The notes beneath the pieces were generated by a model. It was not told where the DNA came from, did no database searches, and saw nothing but the letters and a program-made list of their open reading frames with translations. From Camelus dromedarius (lineage: Eukaryota): a DNA stretch of 64,000 nt. The translations under genes and the position numbers were made by a program. The stretch is from positions 65,224,001-65,288,000 of the forward strand of contig NC_087444.1 of the NCBI RefSeq assembly GCF_036321535.1, read 5' to 3'. Below are positions 47,901 through 58,595 of this stretch, one piece after another; position 1 is the first letter of the stretch, and every line of letters begins with the position of its first letter.

Positions 47901-50900
47901 TGACCTTGAATGGCCCTGGGGCTGATAGCTGCCCCCTTTCCCGACTCCCCAGGCCGCTGCCTCCTCCCCAGGCCCAAGTCTCTTGCGGGCAGTGGCCCCT
48001 CCACTCGCCTGCTGACACTGGAGGAAGCCCAGGCTCGTACCCAGGGCCGGCTGGGGACACCCACCGAGCCCACAACACCCAAGACCCCAGCTTCACCTGT
48101 GGAAAGGTGAGTGGGATGCCCTGGATGGAAAGGGCCAGCCTGGAGGTCCCAGCTCCTCAGCCTGCTTCCTGTGTCTCACTCAAACCCCAGGAGGAAAGGG
48201 GAGAGAGGCGAGAAACAGCGGAAGCCTGGGGGTAGCAGCTGGAAGACCTTCTTTGCATTGGGCCGGGGCCCCAGCATCCCCCGAAAGAAGCCTCTGCCCT
48301 GGCTAGGGGGCACCCGTGCCCGACCGCAGCCTTCAGGTCAGAGGTGGAGCAGTTGGGGTGGTTGGGGAGGCGCTCTGGAGGCCCCTGTGACCTTTCTACT
48401 CTCTGCAGGCAACCGACCTGACACAGTCACACTGAGATCCGCCAAGAGTGAGGAGTCTCTGTCATCACAGGCCAGCGGGGCTGGTGAGCACTGGGTGGAC
48501 CATGCCTGTGCCCAGGTGGTGCTGGGAAGGACTGGGGCCCCAAGCTGGCCTCCAAATGATGTATTCAGAAACAGGGATCTTGAGGGTTTTTTCATTTTTA
48601 ATCTGGACCGTACATACAATGAGTTGGATAAAGCTTCACCCTTGGTCCAGGCAAAGTCCCTTCAGTCTTTTAATCATTCCTTTTGAAAAACAATTTAAAT
48701 AATATAATGAACATCCATGAACCAGAACTAAAAGAGCCCCACTACCTCACCTGTGAGCTCATCCCCCTCCCACCTGCTGCCTCTCTACCAGAAGCATCCC
48801 CTAGATTTGATGTCTTCATCCCCTTGCTTTCCGGGTTTTATCACGTACAGGTGTAGAAGTGTAGGCACCAATAACACTGTGATGTCCTAGTTGTTTTGAA
48901 ACTTTAATTGAAAGATATCATTAAAAAGGGTATTGTGCTGTAAGTGGATTCACTCACCACTACGTTACAGGCTGCCGCCCGCACTGCTGAGTGTAGCTCA
49001 GGCTGCTTCCTCTGCATCACTCTCTAGTGTTCCAGGTGTGGGGATCCCCTTGGGAGTTGCTTGTCCTTCCTCCTCCCGATGCATCTGGGGGCTCTGAGGA
49101 GCACACCCAGGAGTGGAGGTGCATACTGTACGGTATGCTCACATCCAACTCTACAAAACAAGGCCCAAGAGTTTCCCAGTGGTGGTGGCCCCAGACTGTC
49201 CTCCAGCTTCTGGGTACAAGATCCTGCTGGTCTCATGCTCACAGCCCATGGGGTTGTCACACTTCCTTCTTGTCTTTGCGTCTGGAATGCTTCTTTTCAT
49301 GGACTTGCCATTCATTTCCTTTATCACCCGTGAGTCTGAACAGCTGTCCCTGGATTCCCAGCCATTGTGACACTATCTGGGGGCGCCGGGGACGTGCCTC
49401 TTCCTGTTATTCCCCCAACTTACTGAGGGGTGCCCTGTTCTCACTGCTGTATAGGGGTATGTAACGTTCTGTCCCCTGACCCCTAACTGCCCCCCACACT
49501 GCCCTTCCAGGCCTCCAGAGGCTGCACAGGCTGCGGCGACCCCACTCCAGCAGTGATGCTTTCCCTGTGGGCCCAGCACCAGCTGGCTCCTGCGAGAGCC
49601 TGTCGTCATCTGAGTCCTCCTCTTCCTCTGCCTCCTCCTCCTCCTCGTCCTCCTCGTCCTCAGCAGCTGGGCTGGGGGCACTCTCCGGTTCCCCCTCACA
49701 CCGAACTTCAGCCTGGCTAGATGATGGTGATGAGCTGGACTTCAGCCCACCCCGCTGCCTGGAGGGGCTCCGGGGGCTTGACTTCGATCCCCTTACCTTT
49801 CGCTGCAGCAGCCCCACCCCAGGGGACCCTGCACCTCCCGCCAGCCCGGCCCCCCCGGCCCCCGCCTCTGCCTTCCCACCCAGGGCAACCCCCCAGGCTC
49901 TGTCACCCCGTGGGCCCACCAGCCCTGCCTCACCCACTGCCCTGGACATCTCAGAGCCCCTGGCTGTATCGGTGCCACCCGCTGTCTTGGAGCTGCTGGG
50001 GGCTGGGGGAACACCCGCCTCGGCCACCCCAACGCCAGCCCTCAGCCCCAGCCCAGGCCTGCGCCCCCGTCTCATCCCCCTGCTGCTACGTGGAGCTGAG
50101 GCCCAGCTGAGTGACACCTGCCAACAGGAGATTTGCAGCAAGCTGGCACTACCTGGTCCCCGTGGAGCACCAGGCCAGCAAGGTAAGTCCTGTCCAGCCC
50201 ACACCCTTACAGACCCTGAGGCTATGCCCAAGACCCCGCTGACTCCTCTTCCCATTCCTCTCCTAGGTCCTGGTATGGAGTCACCGCTGCTGCCCCCACC
50301 CCTGTCCCTCCTGCGCCCTGGGGGGGCCCCGCCCCCACCCCCCAAGAACCCAGCACGCCTCATGGCCCTGGCCCTGGCTGAGCGGGCTCAGCAGGTGGCC
50401 CAGAGACAGAGCCAACAGGAACAGGAGAGCACCCCATCTGCTCCCCACTCCCCTTTCCACCGCTCCCTGTCCCTGGAGGTGGGCACTGAACCACCTGGGA
50501 CCTCAGGGAGTGGGCTGCCTCCCCAGTCCTTAGCCCACCCAGGTGCCTGGGCTCCAGGACCCCCACCCTCCCTTCCAAGGAAACCAAGTGATGGGAGCCT
50601 GGTCAGGAGCCAGCGGCCCATGGGAACCTCAAGGAGGGGACCCAGAGGCCCTGCCCAGGTCAGTGCCCAGCTCAGGAGGGGTTGGGGGTACAGGGATGCA
50701 CCAGAGACAGCAGCCCAGTTCCTGTTTTCTGTCCCCCAACAGGTTCCTACCCCTGGCTTCTTCTCAGCCCCTCGGGAGTGCCTGCCGCCCTTCCTTGGGG
50801 TCCGCAAACCAGGCTTGTACCCCCTCAGCTCCCCATCCTTCCAGCCCAGCTCCCCAGCCCCAGTCTGGAGGAGTCCTCTAGGTCCTCCTGCACCACTTGA

Positions 50901-51525
50901 CAGGGGAGAGAACCTGTACTATGAGATTGAGGCGGGCGAGGGGTCCTTCTACTCTGGCCCCAGCCGGTCCTGGAGTCCCTTGCGCTCCATGCCCCCAGAC
51001 AGGCTCAATGCCTCCTATGGCATGCTTGGCCAATCACCGCCACTCCACAGGTCCCCCGACTTCCTGTTCAGCTACCCACCACCGCCTTCCTGCTTTCCCC
51101 ATGACCCCCTTGGCTACTCAGCCCCCCAGCACCCTGCCCGGCGCCCCACCAGACCTGAACCCCTCTATGTCAACCTAGCCCTAGGGCCCAGGGGTCCCTC
51201 ACCTGCCTCTTCCAGCTCCTCCTCCCCTCCGGCCCACCCCCGAAGCCGCTCTGATCCTGGTCCCCCAGCACCCCGCCTCCCCCAGAAACAGCGGGCCCCC
51301 TGGGGCCACCACGCCCCTCATAGGGTGCCTGGGCCCTGGGGCCTTCCGGAGCCTCTCCTGCTCTACAGGGCAGCCCCACCAGCCTATGGGAGGGGGGCTG
51401 AGCACCACCGAGGGTCCTTGTACAGGAATGGGGGGCAAGTAAGGGAGGGGGCTGGTCCCCCACCCCCCTACCCCACTCCCAGCTGGTCCCTCCACTCTGA
51501 GGGCCAGACCCGAAGCTACTGCTGA
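38991..51525 (+). CDS. ARHGAP33: Rho GTPase-activating protein 33 (PX-SH3-RhoGAP plus Pro-rich tail, 1290 aa)
   Basis: Exons 38991-38996, 41027-41124, 41206-41290, 41647-41727, 41838-41975, 42396-42488, 43071-43193, 43282-43359, 43444-43510, 43594-43653, 43745-43897, 43981-44083, 45267-45411, 45492-45574, 45659-45766, 47171-47316, 47953-48106, 48191-48336, 48409-48483, 49511-50182, 50267-51525 = 3873 nt. GIYRLSGVSSNIQRL (arginine finger), NLAIVWAPNLL, C-terminus EGQTRSYC. AATAAA at 51889-51894 and 51943-51948. Confidence 0.97.
39016..39063 (+). repeat. 3 x 16-bp tandem repeat GTCAGTCTGTCTGCGA just after the ARHGAP33 exon 1 donor
   Basis: Units at 39016-39031, 39032-39047 and 39048-39063, with one mismatch each at most. 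Confidence 0.85.
42647..42693. repeat. Compound (GC)n(GT)n alternating purine-pyrimidine tract
   Basis: 47 bp of uninterrupted RY alternation in ARHGAP33 intron 6. Confidence 0.9.
44110..44950. mobile_element. L2 LINE remnants in ARHGAP33 intron 12 (similar remnants at about 18800-19700, 33200-34100, 34850-35420, 40040-40800, 45890-47060)
   Basis: AAACATTTACTGAGC...CCAGGC...TGCTGGGGACACAG L2 3'-end signature and purine-rich L2 body. Boundaries approximate. Confidence 0.55.
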
Positions 51526-51974
51526 GCCAGAGCTGGGAGAGACCTTCTTTCTCTTCCCCCTCACTGACCTTGGCCCAACCCAGTCCCTTGTTTTGTATTC
51601 TTGAGATCCTGACCTCTACCCCAGGTTTCTAACTTTGTAACTTGCCTCTGATGTGGGTCCCTAACCTGTGACCATAGCTTCCCTACCCTTGGCTGACGGG
51701 CTCGCCCATCCTCCCACCATCCTCCATCCTGGGGGCTCTCGCACAAATCTGAGGACTAGGCTGACTCCCTGTCCTCCCTCTCCTTCCAGGAGCCCTCAGC
51801 ATGTCCTGACCTGTGCACAGGGGGTGGGGGGACAGCTCCTGCCCATCTCCCCTCACATACCCCACTAAACCATCTGACAAAATTAATGAATAAAAATGGT
51901 GAAAACGTGGCTGCTAGTGTCATGCTGGGGCCAGGCTCAGTGAATAAAGAGGCAGTGACAGGTGGGTCACTTTA

Positions 51975-54900
51975 TCATTTTATCATTTCAGCAGGTGCCA
52001 AGTGCGGAGTCCCTCCTGGGAGGCTCTGAGGAGCGATATCTGCCGAGGCGGGGCCATGGATGCCCTGACAATTTGTGTCAGGAGTGGGATTGAGCTTGGG
52101 TCTGTCTTCAAGTTGGTATCCACCTTTCATCTCTGCTATGATCTCCTCCAGCAGATCCATCCTGGGGGTGGGGAGACAGTTGGGTAGGGGTGGACTGAGG
52201 GTTACCTCAGGGATAAAGAAGGGGCCTGGGACCCTCCCACCAGGGCCCCATTTCTCACTTCTGCAGGCTGGAGAAGAGACTTCCTCTGATTAGCTCAGAG
52301 CTGGGATCCTGCAGGAGAAGAAGACTGGAGCTGCCACCAGGTGGCCACAGAGCTCAGGATGGGCCTAGGGGGTGGGGGCAGGGCCTGGGCTCAGGGTCTT
52401 CTGCTTCACCTGCCCTCGTGGCTTTCCCTGCCAGCAGCCTCTAGGATGTGGGAAGCCTCCCTGTAGGTCAGTAGACAGGGGGTGGGCTCATGGGGCTGGG
52501 GGGTCCAGCAGGGTGGCCCTGTGTGTGTGCTGCCTCAGCCCCTGCAGGGCTTGGATCTTGGCTGAGAACTTCCTCTCAAACTGCTCCTCAGAACTCAGAA
52601 GGCTGAGTCCTGAAGGCTGGAGTGCAGGGCAGGGCCCTGGGGGAAGCAGGGTCAGTCGGGGGTCACAGATCAGTGAGGGGACAGTTGGGGATGACAGGGG
52701 CTCCCTGGTCAGAGAAGAGGTAGCCAGGGAAATTGGGGTTGGTGACGACTAGGGAGAGGGGTCACAGGTAAGTGAATGGACAGTCATGCGGGGCTCAGGG
52801 TATCCATACTGTGGATCTGGGCTCCAGGCAGCGGTGCAGGCTGACCCTGGCCGTGGGGCTGTGGCCTGGGCAGAGGCTAGGGTTGGGACTTGGGCTGCTG
52901 CCTAGAGTCAGGCTGCTGCCCGAATTCCAGGCTGCACCACTCTGGACTCTGCTGTGGCCCATGACCTGCAAAGAGCAATGACAGAGAGCTGGCGTGGGTG
53001 GCCCAGGTGCCCTGCAGCTCCCTTGATCCTCCACATGCCTGTCCTGGCTCCTACCTGGGGTGGGGAGGGGCCTAGGGACATCACGGGGGGCACAGGCCTG
53101 GGTGTAGTGTTGGCTCTGGGAGCCACATCAGGGTACAGTGTCTCTGGGGGGGACAGACCAGTTGGTTGGAATGGGGCAGGGGCACAGCTGAGCTGTGCTC
53201 AGCACCTGCTACCATCCCCCCTTGCCCTCTAACCTGGTGGGAAACCCTGGCGTGAAGGGCACAGTGTGGTCCAGTCCACCGGGGAGCTCACCTCGGGAGC
53301 CGAGTCCTGTGGGGAGGAGACTGGGTGTGGGACGTGGGCCTGCCTGACGTTCCATGGCTGCCACCCTCCTCTGCCTGCCAGTCCCATACCTGGGCCATGG
53401 CCTCCCGCAGCAGGTATCGTGTACTCTGCAGGCTGCCCCGGCGGTCAGCAGGCCCTAGGCCCAGCCCAGCCCGAACCAGGGCCTGGTAGGGGGCTGGCAC
53501 CAGCGGGTCCAGGGCCGGGCTCTCACCTGCCTCCAGTTTGGCCTTCACCTCAGGCCCCTCTCGTCCAGCCCAGGGCAGCTCTCCTGTAAGGAAGCATGAC
53601 TGGAGGACCGAAACGGGTGGGGGCTGCAGTGGGGTGGGGAGCAGGGTCACTCACTGACCAGTGAAGACCTCCTGGGCCAGGATGCAGAAGCTGTAGAGGT
53701 CTGAGGTGGCGGCAGGCATGTCACCACAGATGAGCTCAAGTGGCAGCCATGGATACAGTTCGGGAGGTGGGGGCAGTCCTGGGCCTGGGCCTCCCCAGGG
53801 GTAGCCCTGCTGTGGCCTGTGGAGGCCGAGGCACCTGGTGAGCCAGTGGCCTCTGGGCAGGGACACAGGCAGGCAAGTGAGGCAGGCACTCACCTGGGCC
53901 TCAGCCAGCGTTGATGCAGCGGGCGCCCGTGTTCCAGGCTGCCTACCTTGGCCAGGCCTGGCCGCACCAGCTGCACGGCGTGGGAGCTGAGGCCGCCGTG
54001 AGCACGCCAGCGGGCCTGCAGGAACAGCAGGGCCTCCAGCACCTGCAGCAGCAGGCGGCCGGGCAGCAGGCCTGGCACAGGGCGGGGCCCCCCACGGGGC
54101 CTCACCTCTCTAGGTCCCTGTGGGTGCAGCACCACATGCAGGGAGCCCAGCCACACGGGTTCGAAGAGAAGGCACAGCCCTGACAGGTCCGCCGAGGGGC
54201 TCAATGCCATCAGCAGCAACAGGCTGGGGTGGTGCAGGGTGCTGGGCAGGAGGAGAGCAGGCCACTCACGAGGGGGCCCTAACCCACACGGGGTGGGGGC
54301 TGCTCTTGGGCAGAGACTGACGCCAGGGACTGACGATCCGCCTCAGCCACGAGACAGAAGAGAAACCGAGACCCAGGCTCACACAGCCTGGCGGTGGCAG
54401 AGGCAGCAACCAGTTTACACCCTGTCCCTGGTACCCCTCCCTACACCCACTTCCTCTCTGAGGCCTACAAGGCCGCACACTGAACTGGGTGCCCACCTTC
54501 CAGCGGTGGGGTAGTCACTCCAGTAGGAGGGCTCCATGCCAAGTACTGGCCCACAGGGGAAGCCTGTAAACAAGGCCACTGCCACAGTCCCTGGTCTTCT
54601 GTTTATGACACACTTGAGTCAGGAGGGCAGGCAGGAGACTGGCCTGTGGGCCTGGGCTGGCCCAGAGGGAAGGCTTGGGGGGACATACCTGCAGTGCTGA
54701 AGGTCAGCCAGCAGCACGTCAGGCTGGGTTCCAGGTGCCTTCAGCTGCCGCACGGTCACAGGGTGGCCCCTCCACAGGAGGCTGGAAAAATTGGGAGGGG
54801 GAGTGTAGGTCTGAGCCAGGGGGTGTCCCTGTGAGGGGAGCAGGAGAGCTGGACTCTCCCCAGAGCTCTGCTGGACAGCCAGGCAGGGGTGTGGGAGGGG

Positions 54901-57900
54901 GCAATCTCTCACTTGGCCATGAGGGTGTGGGAGCTGCTCTCATAGGTGCGGTCGGGCTCGCCCTGGGCTGGCAGTAGCTCCTTGGGATCTGCGAGGGGTA
55001 TGCCTGTTACCAGCCCCAGTGGCCACAGGCTGCTCAGCTGGGGATGGGGAGCGAGACCATGAGGCACAAAGAGGACAGGTGGTCCTTGCTCCCCTCAACA
55101 TCCCCCTCTTACCTGGCCGAACCCTGAGGCTGGAATTTGGGGGGATCTCCTGATCTGCTCCGGCCATGGTGCCCTGGGGTAAAGGGCAGTCCGAGAGTAA
55201 GTCCAGAGTAGCTGGGAGCAGTGGGTGGGCAGGCTTCAGGGTGTGGACTGTTACCTGTCCGCTTGCACCAGCCGCAGAAAGAACAGGGAACCACCACACA
55301 GGCTGTGTCCAGAGCCGGCCTGCAACTGGTCCACGGATGCAGTGGGTGCCAACTCACTGCCGTGTACTAGTGCTGATATGTTGGCCCGGCAGAGCTGTAA
55401 CAGCTCCCGCATCTGGATGGGGTGCGTGTGGGGTGAGGCAGGGTGGGAGCGCTAGCCCTGATACCCTCACCCCACCCTGGCTGTGGCTCACCTCACAGCT
55501 CTGCTTGGCACCACCCTGCTCTGCCCAGTCCCATGGGGTGTGACCCTGCTGGTCATGCAGACGCAGGTCGCCCCCTGCCTGCAGCAGGTGCAGCATAACC
55601 AGGCTGCGGCCGGAGAAGGCACCCGCATGCACGGGTGTGCTGCCATCGAGGCAGCGGCTACAACAGAACAATGAGAGCAGGAATGGACTAGGAAGGGGAC
55701 AGGACGGGGGACAAGAGGTGGCAGGATGGGAGCACTGAGGGATAAAGGGGTCACCATGATCATGGGAGGTGGATATCAGGATGGGGGTCACTTGGGGACA
55801 CAGTGGAGTCTTTGAGAGGATGAGAGATCGCTGGGAGCATGGGGCACCGGAAGAATGGGAATAGACACTGGAGGACAAGAAGGGGTTAACTGAGTGAACA
55901 AAGTGGGGGGTGGTCACAGGGATGGGAGGGGCATCAGGGGATGGAAGGGGGTCTGAGGAAATGAGGCCTCTGGGGAAGACAGCCCTGGCTCTCAGGCTCT
56001 CTGGGGCTCAGACTCAGGGCCCTGGGAGTGTGGGGGCATCACCACCTGTCCACTCACTGGTTGGGGTTGGCACCAAAGGCCAGCAGGAGCCGCACGGCAG
56101 AGCTGTGGCCCAGCAGCGCAGAGAGGAAGAGCGCCGTCTGCCCAGCAGAGTTCTCACCATCTACCTGGACAACTGAGGGGCAGCGAGGCTTAGGATTGTC
56201 TCTGCCCCTTACTCTGGGGGCAGAGGTCCTGGAAACACCTTTCCCAGTTCCCAGCCCCCACAGTCCCTGCTTGACTGGGTGATCCTTGACACCAGGTTCC
56301 GTCTCTATGTCCTAAAACCCCCGCCTTCCAGTTTCAGCCTCAGAATCCATCTCAACACAGTGCCCACCACTAAGTCCACAGAACTGGAACAAGGTGACAT
56401 CCACCTGCTTTGCCAATATCTATCCCCGATCCCAGAGCTGTCAAAGTCACACGAAGGTACCCAGGGGCCAGGAGGAAGTGAACTTCATGGGCACTTGGGC
56501 TTACAGGAGCCTCGTGCACTGTCTAGGGCAGGCAGGCCCCACCCAGCTCTAATTCAGTGTACGTACAGGTCCCATGTGGCTAGCATCAAATTCAAGATCA
56601 GCAAACTCTCTGAATTTTTTTTTAATGGAGGTACTGGGGATTGAATCCAGGACTTTGTGCATGCTAGGCATGCGCTCTACCACTGAGCCATACTAACCCC
56701 TCCACCAAACTCTGGATTTTATCAGGAAATCTCTCAAGTTTATTTCTGAACACTGCACAAGGCAGTAAACTCCTCTGGATTCAGCCTCCATGCCCTTGCC
56801 AATCCCCTTGCCTCCATCATCCTGCTCAGATCCCCCCTCCCAATCCCTCATCTCCACAATCATCATGCCCCAAGTCCTGTTTCTTTGCATCCGTCATCCC
56901 TGAGTTCTTATTTCAGACCAGATCCCATATACCCAGGGAGGGCAAGTGCATGGTGTCTTTGTCCTTGCATTCCTATGTAATTGGGAGACACAGCTAATCA
57001 GTCATGCACTTGGACCAACCCAGCTTGGTCTCTGCCATAAACATCCCTCCAAATACAGTACTTCAGGAACCTCTGAAAATCACATTTACTATATCCTATT
57101 TTACTCAGTAGCCTACCATCTTTTGCAATGGCATCCTAACTGGTTTTCTACATTTGTCTTACCCTGCAGAGGGAGCATCTTAAAATACAAATCATTTCAG
57201 GATATAGACAATCTTTACAATAATCACTTCATTTCATGTATAGATAATCGTATACAAGTTATTCCAAAAAAGAAAAATAGAAAAAGAGGGCAAGGCTCAT
57301 TTTATGAGGCTAGTGTGACCTTAACTCCAAAACCAGATGAGAGTTTTCAGAATGAGAAGTGAAATTATACATCAATTCCGTTTATGATCATATATGCAAA
57401 GCCCCTAAAAAGAAAAGCAGTAACCCAACTGATTTATTCCCAGATTGCAAGGATGATTTAACAAAAGAAAATCTGTCAACATAACAAAACACATTCAAGG
57501 ATTAAAGGATAAAAATCATGTTTAATTAAGTAGATACAGAAAAGGCATTTGATAAAATTCAATACCTACTTACGATAAAAAAAAAAACCCTCAGAAAACT
57601 AAGAATAAATGGGAACTTCCTTACTTCATAAAAATTATAAACCAATACCCAAGAGCAAGCATAGTACCTAATGCAGAAACACAGACTCATCTCTCTAATA
57701 ACAACAACAAAGAAAGAAATGTCCATTGACAACTAAGTTTGGGAGTTCTGGCCAACAACTTATGACAGGAAAAAGCAATTAGAATTTAAAGACTGAATAG
57801 CTGAGACCAAACTGTCACCATCTGCTGATAACAAAAAAGTGAAAGGATCAACATACAATTACAACTGTTAAGCAAGTTCAGAAAGTGACCAGATACACAA

Positions 57901-58595
57901 CCAACTTACATAAATCAATGAAAAACAGAAATTGTAAACTGGATAGTGTTAATTTCCTGCCCACAACTCCAATGGTCTCCAATTACACACAGAACAAAAT
58001 CCAACAAAATGCACACCCCTTCCAAAACCGTCAGCTTCAGTTCTCTCCCCAAGTCCCTTGCTCCCTGCTGTTACATATACCCAGTTTGTTTTGACTTCAA
58101 GGCCTTTGTGATGGTTATTCCATCTTTCTGAAGTGCGCTTCCCCTAGGTTTTTGCATGACTGGCTCTTAAACTGTTGGACTCAAATATCACCTTATCCAA
58201 AAAGCTATCCTTTCCAGTGTATCTACCTCATCTTAAATTCCCATAATAGATTACATTCACAATGACCCAGAAGGTCATGTTCACCCGTAAATCCCCATCA
58301 CAAACAACAGAGCCTTAGCACACACACCTATTGTGTCAACACAGTTTTGTCAACACAACTGTTGACTGGCTAACTGAAGTCCCACCCTCCATACCGCCCC
58401 TTGATCTTGCCGCCCCCCACCCCGAACCCCTTGCCCGGTAGTTCCAGTAGCCAGACTCTCACCTCTCTGCAGAAGCCGGGTGAGACCCCAGCTTGGGCCC
58501 CCAGCCACAGCAAGGCGATGCAGACGGCCCACCTGGCCTTCTGGATTCCTAACGGAGCCCAGCTCCACGGGTAAGTGAGAACGCAGCGAAGACAT
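51975..58595 (-). CDS. Unnamed TEX14-like ankyrin-repeat pseudokinase (802 codons end to end; one in-frame TGA at codon 698)
   Basis: Phase-consistent GT-AG exons: 58595-58463, 56172-56058, 55657-55492, 55412-55255, 55173-55113, 55037-54913, 54781-54689, 54241-53894, 53816-53659, 53583-53390, 53306-53234, 53143-53055, 52965-52846, 52748-52410, 52308-52259, 52161-51975. Ankyrin peptides [29 protein letters not shown] and [16 protein letters not shown]...GGDLRLHD. Kinase-fold remnants [33 protein letters not shown]. These align with TEX14 peptides as I recall them. The five most C-terminal exons are less certain. Confidence 0.85.
56615..56703 (-). mobile_element. tRNA-Ala-derived SINE (camelid vic-1-like) in an intron of the TEX14-like gene
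   Basis: Same tRNA-like body (GGCTCAGTGGTAGAGCGCATGCCTAGCATGCAC...GGATTCAATCCCCAGTACCTCC) plus A tail; degenerate CAAACTCT duplication on both sides. Confidence 0.85.
57230..57910 (+). mobile_element. Old degraded LINE-1 ORF2 (reverse transcriptase) fragment
   Basis: A-rich sequence with a [10 protein letters not shown]-like RT motif at about 57533-57562 and many stops and indels. Confidence 0.75.

Noticed and set aside
49407-50363. 318-aa Gly/Arg-rich minus-strand ORF
   Set aside because: Antisense mirror of the Pro/Ser-rich ARHGAP33 exon 20.
52749-52810. Alternative donor CA|GTATGG at 52810 for the TEX14-like exon starting at 52965
   Set aside because: It would leave a 61-nt intron, below the usual minimum. 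The donor at 52846 (97-nt intron, same phase) was preferred; neither is proven.
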